The position numbers and the translations under genes were made by a program. DNA of 64,000 bases from Macrostomum lignano (lineage: Eukaryota), in the NCBI GenBank assembly GCA_002269645.1, contig NIVC01001485.1:62001-126000 (forward strand). Direction: 5' to 3'. The first letter of the stretch is position 1; every line of letters starts with the position of its first letter. Positions 12,166-24,577 of the stretch are shown here, in pieces. Below the pieces are notes generated by a model. The model was not told the origin of the DNA. It worked only from the letters and a program-made list of their open reading frames with translations, and ran no database searches.

Positions 12166-12986
12166 GGCTCATTCCATATAAGATGGACATATTTGGAAAA
12201 TAGAAAAAAAGTCAATATTTTTGCTTGCCATTGCCTAATTAGCCTATTTTTTTACCAAATGTTTATATTGTGCAATATATACAATCTAAGAATAAAGGAA
12301 TGGTAAAATGTTGGATTAGTATGTTATCAATTGGCAAAAAGTCATTTTTGTAAAAATTTGGACATTTTTCGAAGCAAAAGACATCATTAAGATTTTGTAC
12401 CTTTTAAAAACAAATAGAAAGCTTTTGAAGGTTGAAACAAACTATAGATAAAAGTATAGTACTTGCATCATCAGATAAAAGCATTGGTGACCAAATAATC
12501 TATTATATTTTTAATGTATTAGTACCTCAAAGTTACTGAATTGACAGAAAAAAATATGTTATGACCATAATGTTACGACCATAAGGCTGCCTTTTCTTTT
12601 GTATCTTTGTTGCCTTTTGAGTTTATATATTCTAATAAAAGAGTATGATTTCTAAAGATGTTCTTAGTCAAATTTTAAAAATGTATTGCAAAATATCAAA
12701 AATGAAAAATGTTATAAGACTCTATAGTTATACCATATAGTTATGACTCTATAGTTATGACATATAGTTTCTATATGTCAAAAATCCTGTCGTTACGACC
12801 ATAAGTGTCATTTAAGGTTTAATAGCATCTATACTAATGATGATATCTATATGAAACTCTATGAATATATTCTAGACAAAATAATCTTTCATTTAAAATA
12901 TTGGTTTAGTATATTCTATTATTAGATTTCATTTTATAAGTAAAAATAACCTGTCATATTACGACCATGCTTATATGGAATGAGCC
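12166..12986. mobile_element. Non-autonomous Kolobok-like element
   Basis: TIR GGCTCATTCCATATAAG / CTTATATGGAATGAGCC flanked by TTAA on both sides (12162-12165, 12987-12990). GG termini with a TTAA TSD fit Kolobok better than piggyBac. Confidence 0.75.
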
Positions 12987-13699
12987 TTAAGCAAGAGTTT
13001 CAATGCCATATGCTTGCTATGGTTAGGTGGTAGGGGCTAATGATAAGATGAATATTTTTACTTTTGATTTAAAAAAATCTCTTTAAATCCCTAGAATCTT
13101 GGAAACTAATTAATGAGTAGGCCCTCACAGAAGATCTTGCGTGATAACAAATAAAGATTTTGTTACTTTAATTATTTAATATATCAAATAGTAATAGAAA
13201 ATAGAAAAGATATGTCAAGAGAAAGGGTAAAAAGAAAAAATAGAAAAAAGAGAAAAATAAAGAAGAGAAAGAGAAAATAGAAAAGAAGGCAAATAAACAA
13301 ATCTCATTGTTTTCCCTTTGGCCTAGCAGTCTTTGCAGCTTTAGTAGCAAAACTAAATGTAGCAGCTTAGACAGAAGGCCTCTACCAGATGGTGTGGCCA
13401 GCTAGTCAAAGTTTTTACCCAATAGCAGATCAAAAGGCTGCATTAGATATGTGCCCTTGTGTAGAATTTAGCATTGGTCTTGCTGCTTGGACTGTTATGC
13501 ACTTAATGCCACAAATAGCATAGCCATAAGTATAGTGTTCAGTTGCCTGTTCAAGGCATCCATCAAGGTCTAAGTCTTAGCATTATGCAATTTAGTTATA
13601 ATAAGTTTACTAGCTAGTATCTTGGCTTAAAATACTGTAAGCTCTCTCTCTCTGTCAGGATAGCTGAGAATTGGTATCTTAGCCGGCCCCAGCTAGACA

Positions 13700-15157
13700 G
13701 AAGCAGCAGTCAGCACCCAGGTCCACACTAAAGGCACATCCATCATGACCAAGAATGCACTCAGGCTAAATGCCTGCAACTACCGTCACCTGGTGAATGA
13801 TTGGTGGGAGTCCTTGCAGTTATACTGTCAGAGTCGCACATGCTGAAGACTCTAGATGTGGGCCGTTGATGCCGACTGGAGTGCTGACTGGTAGCTGAAG
13901 CTGCGCGTTGATGCCAAGGGCTCGTAGCTTTGCAGCAGACACAAGCGTCACCTGCACTCCAGTGTCGAACAGCCACCTACACAACTGGCCGGCAATGCTG
14001 CTAGGGAGAAAAATAGAGGCAGGTTGGGCCTTGATGAGTAGGGCTGGTGATGGCCCACGGTCACCAGTCCTCAGCAGTTTTCTAAAGCCGGAGTTGGATA
14101 GGCCTTGGCATGGCGCCCTCTGCCCAAGCAGCAGTAGCAGGTGATCTGGGGCGCTGAAGCAGATTGTCAGATTGGGCAGCAAAGTGGCCAGGCATTGAGC
14201 AGTTAAAGCATTTGCCGTGGCCACCTCTTCCTTAAGCGCTGTCCCTGCTTCAACTGCCACCTCTTCCTTGAGTGCTGCCCCTGCTTCGACTGCCGCCTCT
14301 TCCTCTGCCCTGTTTTCCGCTGCACATACCAATAGCAGCAACCATGGCAGGCAGCTTTGTCAGCTGCTCCTGCATCCGGCCCAGCTGATCTGCCATTGGG
14401 TTGCTTGCTGTGGTTGCCTCTACGCTCGCCATTGCTCCCCTGTTGCCATTGATGCTCTCCAATGTTGTGGCATGGTCAGCTACCATTTCAGGACTGATAG
14501 TGTTGCAGTAAGATTGCTTCAGCAGCGATTCCCTGATGTCCTTGGGCAACAATGCCAGTAGCCAGTGACGCACCTCGCAGTCTCTCACTTGCTGGCTGTG
14601 GTCTAGGCATGCCTATAGTAGCTTCAGTGCAAAATCCCATTTTCTAGTTTTGAAGTCAGTCATGGTGCGGAAGGTGTTGTCCTTATTGCCGTAGAAGGCA
14701 ATCAGCGCCTGCTTGATGCTTTTGTAGCTTGCTTTCTTTGCCTCTTCAAGCTCCCATACAAACACCAGCACCTCTCCCGTCAAAAGCAGCTTAATCTTGG
14801 ATGCACTTTTGCTGTCATTCCACTCAGAATTATTGGCAAAATCTTCAAACATCTGCAGCCACATATGGATGTTTGAATCTGCAGAGCCAGAGAACTAAGG
14901 AGCATAGGAGGTAAGAGTGTGCTAAGTTGCTTGTCCATGATTTAGCAAATCTGAGCTGACTGACTGAATGAGTCACTGCTGCCACCAATGTAAGGCAGGT
15001 ATGTGCTAGAACAAAACAGTCTTGTAAACTGCTAAGATGCGCAGGGTTGACTATATATATTTGGGAGTCACACAAGACAGCAACAACCCCCCTCATATAA
15101 CCAATAAGATGTACATTAAGATGTACACTCATTTAGGCAAGCAGTGTACACTTGACA
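13700..15157 (-). mobile_element. Second decayed Ty3/Gypsy fragment (5' LTR 15157-14989, PBS, gag and protease)
   Basis: LTR TGTCAAG...TTACA, then TGGTGGCAGCA (PBS-like). Gag fragment WLQMFEDFANNSEWND..K..LLLTG (14864-14613) and protease WLFDTGVQVTLVS (14341-13820). Multiple stops and frameshifts. Confidence 0.8.
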
Positions 15158-16208
15158 ATACTATATAGGTTTTTATACCATTTTGAATAATTTTGGTATA
15201 TTGAACATTTAATATATAAATTTTTATATTTTATACTTATTAGTGACATTTGTCTTGACCTTAAAGTTCCATTGTAATCAAAATTTTCCCATATCTATCC
15301 ATATTGTAGCAAAATTTTACTTTATTTGTAGGGCTTATACTAGGCTAATTATAAGCTTAAGAGTATTGAAAACATATCTTGAACCTTAATAACCAGCATG
15401 CAAAATTACAATGGAATGCAAAATTGCATTTTGAGAGATGTAATTTACCTATTAACACATAATGTCATATAGATATTTTATTGCCTTTCCCATTGTCTAA
15501 AAATTGTAGAAAATTACCAAGAATAATCTAAAAATATTATTTAGGCAATATTAATTCTAACCAATTTTATTTTTAATGATTCTAAGATATCAGCTAGGTA
15601 AATTTATTAGGTTATCTATGCTAATATGATATCATATCATAAGGTCGGGGGTCCTTAACCTATGGCCTATATGCCACTTCAGTGTGGCATTTATTTTCTC
15701 TTCAATGTTGCCTATAAGCCATTTTTAGTCTAGGTGATTGTTGATATAATGACATTCAAGCTTGGGTAGGACTCTATTGTAGTTAATTGAAGGTGGATTT
15801 TTTATTTTTTAATGCACTTTGTGTAGCCTGCATATCTTGAGCTAATGTCTAATATGGCTTGCTGCCAACAGTGGGTTGGGAACCCCTGTCTTACAACTAT
15901 GTCAATTACAATATGGAGTTTTAATAGTCATAATTTCAAAAAACTATTATTTCTAGATTTCCTAATCCTCACTGTTCCTAAAATATTTTCTTGCCTACTA
16001 CTGTCAAGCAGCAATGCTCAATCAGGTTGGCATAGCAACAGTTGCTAAGGCAAAGCATTTATTGATTTTGGTGGCATCTGCTGGACTAAAGTTAGCTAAA
16101 TTTGGTGGCAATGCATCTAGACCAGCATTGTTAATGCAGTTCAATCCTGCTAACAAATTTGCCTGTTTATTGGCCAGACTGCACCTGCGCTTTGTTTGGC
16201 ACTGTCAG

Positions 16209-19200
16209 ATGCTGTGGCGCTATGCTATTGGTAGGCGCGATCAGTATCTGATGCCTGATCAGCTTAGTGTTGTGTACGAATCTGACAACTTTATTGTTAT
16301 TAATAAGGAATTTGATTTGTCTGTTAATACCGCTTCGCGTTGGTTTAATCCATTGGCGCTTAATACACAGGTAAGGCTGAGTGCAAATATTGGATTTAAG
16401 ATTCAAGTTTTAAGTGATTTTAAAACGCAAAAATATCCCATTAAACTACTTATGTTTCAGTAGTTAACTAGTTCTTTTTTGTCTAGTGGTTAGAGTGTTG
16501 GACTCACAACTGAAAGGTTGGGGGTTCGATGCCCCGATCACATCTGGAACATTTTCTATCCCTAACAAGACACTTAACTAGCTGCATTGATTCAGTTTAC
16601 CTAAAAAATGGGTGCCACTGCCAGCATTAACTGGGGTAATTGAGGGTGTGTGTGGACCTCCCAGTCCTTGGACTGAACAGTCGTACGCAGCCTTAAGATG
16701 CGCCGCGCAATAGCTGCGGCTGAGCTGTCGGTTGCATATCTTGCCCATTAGGGAAGGTGGAATTTATATCGTATTATTATTAATTACTTGCTACTATCAG
16801 TAGAATTTAAGGATATGAGTCTATTTAGCCCACATACTTAAATTTCAGTTTTTCAAAAAACGTATCTACATCAAAGATTGTCAAATTTTTTTACCTCAAT
16901 GACCAGATAGAGAACCTAAAGCATCACTGCGGGTCAGAGGAGGGGAGAGAGGAGAGAGAGAAGAGAGGAGAGATTAGACAATCGAGAGGAGAAGAGAGAG
17001 TAGGGAGGAGGAAAGGAGAGGAGAGAGTAGAGGAAGGGAGGGGAGAGGAGAGAGTAGAGGAAAGAAAAGAGGGGAGGGAGAGAAGAGAGGAGAGATTAGA
17101 GAATCAAGAGAAGAAGAGAGGAGTGAGGACATGAGAGAGAGAAAACAGAAGAGAGGAGATTAGAGAAATGAGCGCTGAGAAGAGATTAACATGGAGCCGG
17201 TCGGGTTGCTAATTGTGAAATCACGAGGGCCAGATAAAGAGAAGCTTTGCGGGCCGGAGTTTGCCGAGCCCTGCGCCTACATACCTACATAGTTCGATAA
17301 ATTTTATTATCCCCGGCAACATTGTAGGTCTTCCTAGCTAAGCACCATCGCGCAGATCCCACCGCCTATCACTGGTACAGATTCTGTCACCAGATCGATC
17401 ACGCCACTAGCGGTTTAATCCTGCTAGCCTACAGTCAAGACGCCGCTATGCGAGCTTCTAAAGCTTTTTTAAATCGTCGCGTTTTAAAACAATATTTGGC
17501 TATTGTTTGGGGTCATTTTGACACTAGAGATCACGTGACTGTTGACCGGCCAATCGGCTGGGATCGCTTAGACATTGCCGGTAGTGGAGATCTGCGCAAA
17601 CACATGGTCACAGAGACGCACTATCGTTGTTTGGATCCGAAACCTGCGTTTAGCCAAGTTGTGCCGTTAGAACGAGGCCTGTACAATGGCTTGCCCGCTA
17701 CTAAAGTGCTACTGTTGTTGAAGCATGGCAGGACACATCAGCTGCGAGTGCACACGAGTTGCATTGGTTGGTTAACAAAACTTATTGTTCTTGTTGAAAT
17801 CGCTTGCTTAGCAATTTACCGGAGGTTGAGATGTCCATTGAAACACTGCAATGAGACAGTGAGATGTCTGCTCAAAGACTGCAATGAGAGACAGTGAGAT
17901 GTCTGCTCAAAGACTGCAATGAGAGACAGTGAGATGTCTGCTCAAAGACTGCAATGAGAGACAGTGAGATGTCTGCTCAAAGACTGCAATGAAACAGTGA
18001 GGTGTCTGCTCAAAGACTGCAATGAGAGACAGTGAGATGTCTGCTCGAAGACATTAGATAGCTGGAGAGATGTCTGCTCAAAGACATTAGATAGTGAGAG
18101 AGATGTCTGCTCAAAGACATTAGATAGTGGGAGAGATGTCTGCTCAAAGACATTAGATAGTGAGAGAGATGTCTGCTCAAAGACATTAGATAGTGAGAGA
18201 GATGTCTGCTCGAAGACATTAGATAGTGGGAGAGATGTCTGCTCAAAGACATTAGATAGTGAGAGAGATGTCTGCTCAAAGACATTAGATAGTGGGAGAG
18301 ATGTCTGCTCAAAGACATTAGATAGTGAGAGAGATGTCTGCTCAAAGACATTAGATAGTGGGAGAGATGTCTGCTCAAAGACATTAGATAGTGGGAGAGA
18401 TGTCTGCTCAAAGACATTAGATAGTGAGAGAGATGTCTGCTCAAAGACATTAGATAGTGAGAGAGATGTCTGCTCAAAGACATTAGATAGTGGGAGAGAT
18501 GTCTGCTCAAAGACATTAGATAGTGGGAGAGATGTCTGCTCAAAGACATTAGATAGTGGGAGAGATGTCTGCTCAAAGACATAAGATAGTGAGAGAGATG
18601 TCTGCTCGAAGTTATTAGATAGTGGGAGAGATGTCTGCTCAAAGACATTAGATAGTGGGAGAGATGTCTGCTCGAAGACATTAGATAGTGAGAGAGATGT
18701 CTGCTCGAAGACATTACATAATGGGAGAGATGTCTGCTCAAAGACATTAGATAGTGGGAGAGATGTCTGCTCGAAGACATTACATAATGGGAGAGATGTC
18801 TGCTCGAAGACATTAGATAGTGAGAGAGATGTCTGCTCAAAGACATTAGATAGTGAGAGAGATGTCTGCTCAAAGACATTAGATAGTGGGAGAGATGTCT
18901 GCTCGAAGACATTAGATAGTGGGAGAGATGTCTGCTCGAAGACATTAGATAGTGGGCTCAAAGACATTAGATAGTGGGAGAGATGTCTGCTCGAAGACAT
19001 TAGATAGTGAGAGAGATGTCTGCTCAAAGACATTAGATAGTGAGAGAGATGTCTGCTCAAAGACATTAGATAGTGGGAGAGATGTCTGCTCGAAGACATT
19101 AGATAGTGGGAGAGATGTCTGCTCGAAGACATTAGATAGTGGGCTCAAAGACATTAGATAGTGGGAGAGATGTCTGCTCAAAGACTGCAACGAAAAGCGT

Positions 19201-19474
19201 TGAAACTCCCGCAGGCCATCCAATAGTCGGCGACGTGAAATACAGCCGACGCGAGGCCGACTTTCGCTGCCACCGCATGATGCTTCACGCCTACCGACTG
19301 CAGGCTCGATTGCCTCGTCTCAGCGAAACCATCGACTGTCAAGCTGAGGACCCGTTCGTGCCCGAATCCGATGCCAATTGGCAACCGGAGTCTGTGCAGA
19401 ACGACTACGCCGTGTTTAAAGATTGCGCCCGGATATTAGAGAGTGGCGAACAACTCACTGTTGATAAGCTGTAG
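16209..19474 (+). CDS. RPUSD1: RNA pseudouridine synthase (RluA family), RPUSD1-like
   Basis: Exons 16209-16370, 17328-17766 and 19215-19474 (861 nt, in frame, GT-AG). Motifs LSVVYESDNFIVINK, RFCHQIDHATSG (catalytic Asp), GRTHQLRVH, GHPIVGD and RMMLHA. The start could be further upstream (ATG 16134). Confidence 0.88.
16478..16782 (+). mobile_element. tRNA-derived SINE in RPUSD1 intron 1
   Basis: Pol III A-box-like TCTAGTGGTTAGAG, B-box-like GGTTCGATGCC, central CAAGACACTTAAC...AAATGGGT motif and an (ATT)n tail. Confidence 0.65.
16935..17273 (-). mobile_element. hAT-like MITE end with a polypurine interior
   Basis: Minus strand begins CAGGGCTCGGCAAACTCCGGCCCGC...GGCCCTCGTG, related to the end at 35766. 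Confidence 0.55.
17845..19190. repeat. 33-bp minisatellite (GATGTCTGCTCAAAGACATTAGATAGTGAGAGA) with 35-bp variant units, in RPUSD1 intron 2
   Basis: Direct reading of tandem units; 11-aa periodicity in the spurious ORFs. Confidence 0.95.
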
Positions 19475-19760
19475 CAAGAGTGATCGTCTATCAAGTTAGA
19501 TAGTTGGACATTTTATTGTTGTGTCTATGATGTGACCACCTACTTCAAGTAGAATCTAGATTAAATAAAAAATATGCATTTTTTTGTCTAGCTAAATTCG
19601 TTTTAGCTGTATCTAAGTGTGCAGAAATGGAATTTGGATTATGATTGCTGTGCTGACTTGTTGATTCTGCTACAAATCAACCTGTACCATTTGCAATAGA
19701 TAATCTTTTGTTTTTATATTTGTCAGTTAAGAAGCTTAGCCGACTAAAACTTAGGCTGCC

Positions 19761-20700
19761 GCCCTCCCAGACCCTCAATTTCTGGGCCAACAGCCTCCCA
19801 GATCCTCAGTTGCTGGGTCACCAGCCTTCCAGATCCTCAGTTGCTGGGCCAGCCTTCCAGATCCTCAGTTGCTGGGCCACCAGCCTCCCAGATCCTCAGT
19901 TGCTGGGCCACCAGCCTCCCAGATCCTCAGTTGCTGGGCCAACAGCCTCCCAGATCCTCAGTTGCTGGGTCACCAGCCTTCCAGATCCTCAGTTGCTGGG
20001 CCAGCCTTCCAGATCCTCAGTTGCTGGGCCACCAGCCTCCCAGATCCTCAGTTGCTGGGCCACCAGCCTCCCAGATCCTCAGTTGCTGGGCCACCAGCCT
20101 CCCAGACCCTCAATTTCTGGGCCAACAGCCTCCCAGATCCTCAGTTGCTGGGTCACCAGCCTTCCAGATCCTCAGTTGCTGGGCCAGCCTTCCAGATCCT
20201 CAGTTGCTGGGCCACCAGCCTCCCAGATCCTCAGTTGCTGGGCCACCAGCCTCCCAGATCCTCAGTTGCTGGGCCAGCCTCCCAGATCCTCAGTTGCTGG
20301 GTCACCAGCCTCCCAGATCCTCAGTTGCTGGGCCACCAGCCTCCCAGATTCTCAGTTGCTGGGCCAGCCTCCCAGATCCCCAGTTGCTGGGCCACCAGCC
20401 TCCCAGATCCTCAGTTGCTGGGCCAGCCTCCCAGATTCTCAGTTGCTGGGCCAGCTTCCCAGATCCTCAGTTGCTGGACCAACCTTCCAGATCCTCAGTT
20501 GCTGGGCCAGCTTCCCAGATCCTCAGTTGCTGGGCCAGCCTCCCAGATCCTCAGTTGCTGGGCCAGCTTCCCAGATTCTCAGCTGCTGGGCCAGCCTCCC
20601 AGATCCTCAGTTGCTGTCCAAGCCTCCCAGCTCCTCAGTTGCTGTGTGCCACCCTCCAAGATCCTCTGTTTCTGGGCCAGCCTTTCAGATCCCCAAAAAT
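19761..20700. repeat. Minisatellite family A (CCTCCCAGATCCTCAGTTGCTGGGCCACCAG, ~25-31 bp), intergenic
   Basis: Tandem variable units between the RPUSD1 3' end and the SSB-like gene. Confidence 0.95.
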
Positions 20701-20830
20701 CAGTAGCTTCCCTAATACCTCTATTAGAACATGCAGTTACTTTTGCCAAATTGGTGAATGCTAGCGAATGCTGTAGATAGAATCTGATGATCAAACATTT
20801 TCATGCATGCAAGCAATCGAGCAGTGAACA

Positions 20831-21475
20831 ATGCTCCTGTCGCCGCTATCTGCAGCTGTCAATCAGCTATCCCGTCGCGTAGGCGGCCAATCTGTTGTTT
20901 CCATGGCAACAGCTGTTCGCCTCCTGTGCAGCGGTTCAAAATCGGCCGCGGAGCAGTCGGAGCCAGAAGACCCAAGCTCGATTCCCGAGTCCAAGCAGAG
21001 CCCGTCTTCAAAAAAGTTTCGCTACAGTTTTCTTGGCGGCGATCACAACGAGATCTCCTTAGTTGGCACAGTTACCAAGGTGACAGAGAAGGAGCGAAAT
21101 AAAAGTACAGGCGCCGAGCCCTACTGCGTACTGAGCGTTGTAACGCTGCACCGTTACAAGGATCGCAATGGCCGATTCCACGTCATCAATAGCCATCATC
21201 GAGTGTCATCCTTCAACTCAAATATTATTAGAATTGCCCGGCTCACTAATCCAGGCGACAGAATCTTTGTGGTCGGCAGGTTGGAGTATTTCTTTGTTAA
21301 TCAACAACGCGTGGCCACTCTGACTCCAACTAGAATGGTGCCGATGCTGCCGAAGACGCTGAATCGAGCCCAGGACCTACTGTCGGCTAATGATTTGCCT
21401 GCAACTGATCAAGATGATGAAGATGGCTACGAGTATCAGTTTGATGCCGAACATAAGGCTGAGTCTGCCGTTTGA
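20831..21475 (+). CDS. Mitochondrial single-stranded DNA-binding protein-like (OB fold), intronless
   Basis: 214 aa with an Arg/Ser-rich N-terminal presequence-like segment. SSB-like pattern NEISLVGTV...T..RY.D..G.......HRV..F...GDRIFVVGRLEY and an acidic tail. Divergent from canonical SSBP1. Confidence 0.65.
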   Translation: MLLSPLSAAVNQLSRRVGGQSVVSMATAVRLLCSGSKSAAEQSEPEDPSSIPESKQSPSSKKFRYSFLGGDHNEISLVGTVTKVTEKERNKSTGAEPYCVLSVVTLHRYKDRNGRFHVINSHHRVSSFNSNIIRIARLTNPGDRIFVVGRLEYFFVNQQRVATLTPTRMVPMLPKTLNRAQDLLSANDLPATDQDDEDGYEYQFDAEHKAESAV

Positions 21476-21664
21476 TAATTGGTTATTTTGTTATGCGCTG
21501 ATTGCTGGAGCCATATTTTAGGATTAAAAAATATTTATGGCTATTGGAGGTTTCTTAAGTGCCATTTACAAAATCATGTCAAGTTTTTCTGTACAGTAGT
21601 GCTGTAAACAGCTTCTGTATTGCTGTCATAGACAGTGTGGCTGTACAGTAGTGCTGTAAACAGT

Positions 21665-22082
21665 GGGTCTATGAAATTTGCTTGCGAGAAGTTTGCTTGC
21701 CGAAGTTTACTTGCGGAAATTTGCTTTCCGAAGTCTGCTTGCCGAACTTTGCTTCAAAATGATTTAGGCAGCGAAATGTACAGAATCGATTCTTTGGAAA
21801 TGAACGTACATTGTACATCAATGTACATCATTTCTATATACTAAATACTTAGAATGAAGCTCTATAAGCCTAGTTTGAAAGCTTAGTGTCAAGTCAGTTT
21901 GGTTTGCAAGCAAAAGTCCCGCAAGCAAACTTCCGCAAGCAAAGTTCGGCAAGCAAAGTTCGGCAAGCAAAGTTCGGCAAGCAAAGTTCGGTAAGCAAAG
22001 TTCGGTAAGCAAAGTTCGGTAAGCAAAATTCCGCAAGCAAACTTCGACAAGCAAAATTCCTGCAAGTAAACGTCGTACTCCC
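21665..22082. mobile_element. Foldback / Mutator-like MITE with inverted 15-bp repeat arrays
   Basis: 9-bp TSD GTAAACAGT (21656-21664, 22083-22091) and GGG...CCC termini. Left array AAGTTTGCTTGCCG, right array CGGCAAGCAAAGTT. Confidence 0.8.
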
Positions 22083-23103
22083 GTAAACAGTACTGTATTG
22101 CTGTCATAGACAGTGTGGCTGTATTGCTGTCACAGATGTTTGCTCTACAGTAATGCTACACTAGTAAACAGTACTATATTACTGTCAAAGACATTAGCTG
22201 TACGCTGTAAAGTAATGCTGTAAACAGTACTGTTTAGCTGTCATCGGCTGTAGAACCGTGGCTGTTTGCCAAGCTGCTAGAACCCCAACAAGTCTCATTG
22301 TGTTACCATAGCAATAAATATTATTTTCTTAATTTTCTTATCTCAACAATTGTTAAAAAGGTAATTTCGCATTTTTTCTCTGACGTATTTATCAAACATT
22401 CTATTAATAAACAACCCAGTTTTTTTTCAAAAAAATAATTATGCAGTCTAGCAATACAATTTTCAATAGTTTTTTCTCCTTCACTAACAAGGCGCAATTG
22501 AAATTTTACTAAAAAACAAAATGGCATCAACGTCGCATTTCTTTGAAAAGGAATTATTATTCAGCAGAAGAAGGATTTAATTATTTTGTAGGTTAGTCAT
22601 AGTTTCAGAATAGACTCTGTTTTAAACTCTGGTTGCCTGTACAGTGCCACAATGCTAGCTGATGTTGCTTCAGTACTCAACTCTTCTCTCTCTCCTCTCT
22701 CTCTGCATCACTCAGTACACTGCTCTGCGATCTGCTCTCTCTGAAAGATGCAGGCAAGCTGAAAGCAAACTGCAGGCTGTGAGGCTTGTAGATGCGGTGA
22801 GCTGTTCCACTGTCTCCTTCTCTCCCTTCCCCCCCTCTCCCTCTTCCGTAAGTCTGGGTCCCCGCAACCAACCACAGTTTTTTACGTACCAGTTTTATGC
22901 GGGTTTTTTGGGGGGTGGGGGTGTGGGGGGAGAGACGAGTATGGACTCGTTCAGAACTGGAGGTTGGTGGTGTGCTTTTGAGTTCATATATATATATATA
23001 TATAAGCGCTTGGGTCTTTTTCATACTCTTGCCTTTCTGCGCTCGACTATCAAAACACACAATTACACTAAAGCTATAGTTTAGATACAGAGAGAAAGTT
23101 ATC

Positions 23104-24544
23104 ATGAACAAGCCTAAGCAATACGATTGGAAGGATAGTAATTTGGCCCTGTTTGGCTCCGACACTGAGCGGCAGGTTAAGAGTAAGATCTAAATAGTAG
23201 CTTTTATATCGTCTGTGTTTTTTAGTCTGATTCTAATTATATGCTTCTTTTCTATTTATTAATTTTGCAGAGGAATCCGCTGAGAAGGAGCCAGCGTGGA
23301 AGCCCGTTCTGGAAGCGCAGAAGCCTCAACTATATGTGTGGCGTATCGAGGTAAGTAATTTAATAGTATGCTTTCATATTATTTCCTTAAAATATCGTTT
23401 TATGCCATCGCCGTCCTAAGCTTAGCCTAAACTGCAATAATTGCCTTAACCTCATCGATAATCTCAATAGCCTAATCGATAATCTCCTTAGCCTGATCGA
23501 TAATCTCATTAACTTCATCGATAATCTCATTGGCCTCATCGATAATCTCATTAACCTCATCGAAAATCTCATTAGCCTCATCGATAATCTCCTTAGCCTG
23601 ATCGACAATCTCATTAGCCTCATCGATAATCTCCTTAGCCTGATCGATAATCTCATTAACCACATCGATAATCTCAATAGCCTAATCGATAATCTCCTTA
23701 GCCTGATCGATAATCTCATTAACCACATCGATAATCTCATTAGCCTCATCGATAATCTCCTTAGCCTGATCGATAATCTCATTAACCTCATCGATAATCT
23801 CAATAGCCTAATCGATAATCTCCTTAGCCTGATCGATAATCTCATTAGCCTCATTGATAATCTCCTTAGCCTGATCGATAATCTCATTAACCTCATCGAT
23901 AATCTCAATAGCCTAATCGATAATCTCCTTAGCCTGATCGATAATCTCAATAGCCTCATCGATAATCTCATTAGCCTCATTGATAATCTCAATAGCCTAA
24001 TCGATAATCTCCTTAGCCTGATCGATAATTGCCTTAATAACCTCTTTTATAATTGTTAAGGTCAAAGAACTCAGCACCAAACTCATATATGCATATATTG
24101 CAGAACTTCAAAGTGGTGGAATGGCCCAGAGATTTGTACGGCAAATTCTACAGTGGCGATTCTTACATCATCCTCAACGCCTACATGGAGGCTGACAAGC
24201 TCTGCTACGATGTGCACTTTTGGATTGGCAAAGAGAGCACGGCTGACGAGTATGGCACTGCCGCCTACAAGACTGTGGAGCTGGACACCCTGTTGGACGA
24301 TTTGCCTGTGCAGCACAGGTAAATAGTGTTTAGCTGTCTTAGCCGGCCTGAGTTGTCCCGATAAATTTGATTTACGATGGCCAGTGTGAGCTACTGATAG
24401 TGGCAGATTGAACTGTTGGGCTATAAACTCTGCCTGCTGTGTCTGGCTAGTAAATAAAGACAGACTGGCAGACACTAAGAGAGGACAGACAGACAGACAG
24501 ACACTAAAACAGGGCAGACAGACAGACAGACACAACAGACAGAC

Positions 24545-24577
<33 letters not shown>

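Noticed and set aside
16478-16560. Functional tRNA gene
   Set aside because: A and B boxes are present, but there is no convincing acceptor stem or cloverleaf, and it continues into a SINE-like body and tail.
17942-20780. Long repetitive ORFs over the 33-bp and family A arrays (also 23387-23992, 32464-33219, 47440-47945, 53950-54641, 60342-61025 and the VCLS/DRQT ORFs)
   Set aside because: All coincide with tandem repeats inside GT-AG introns or spacers of well-supported genes.
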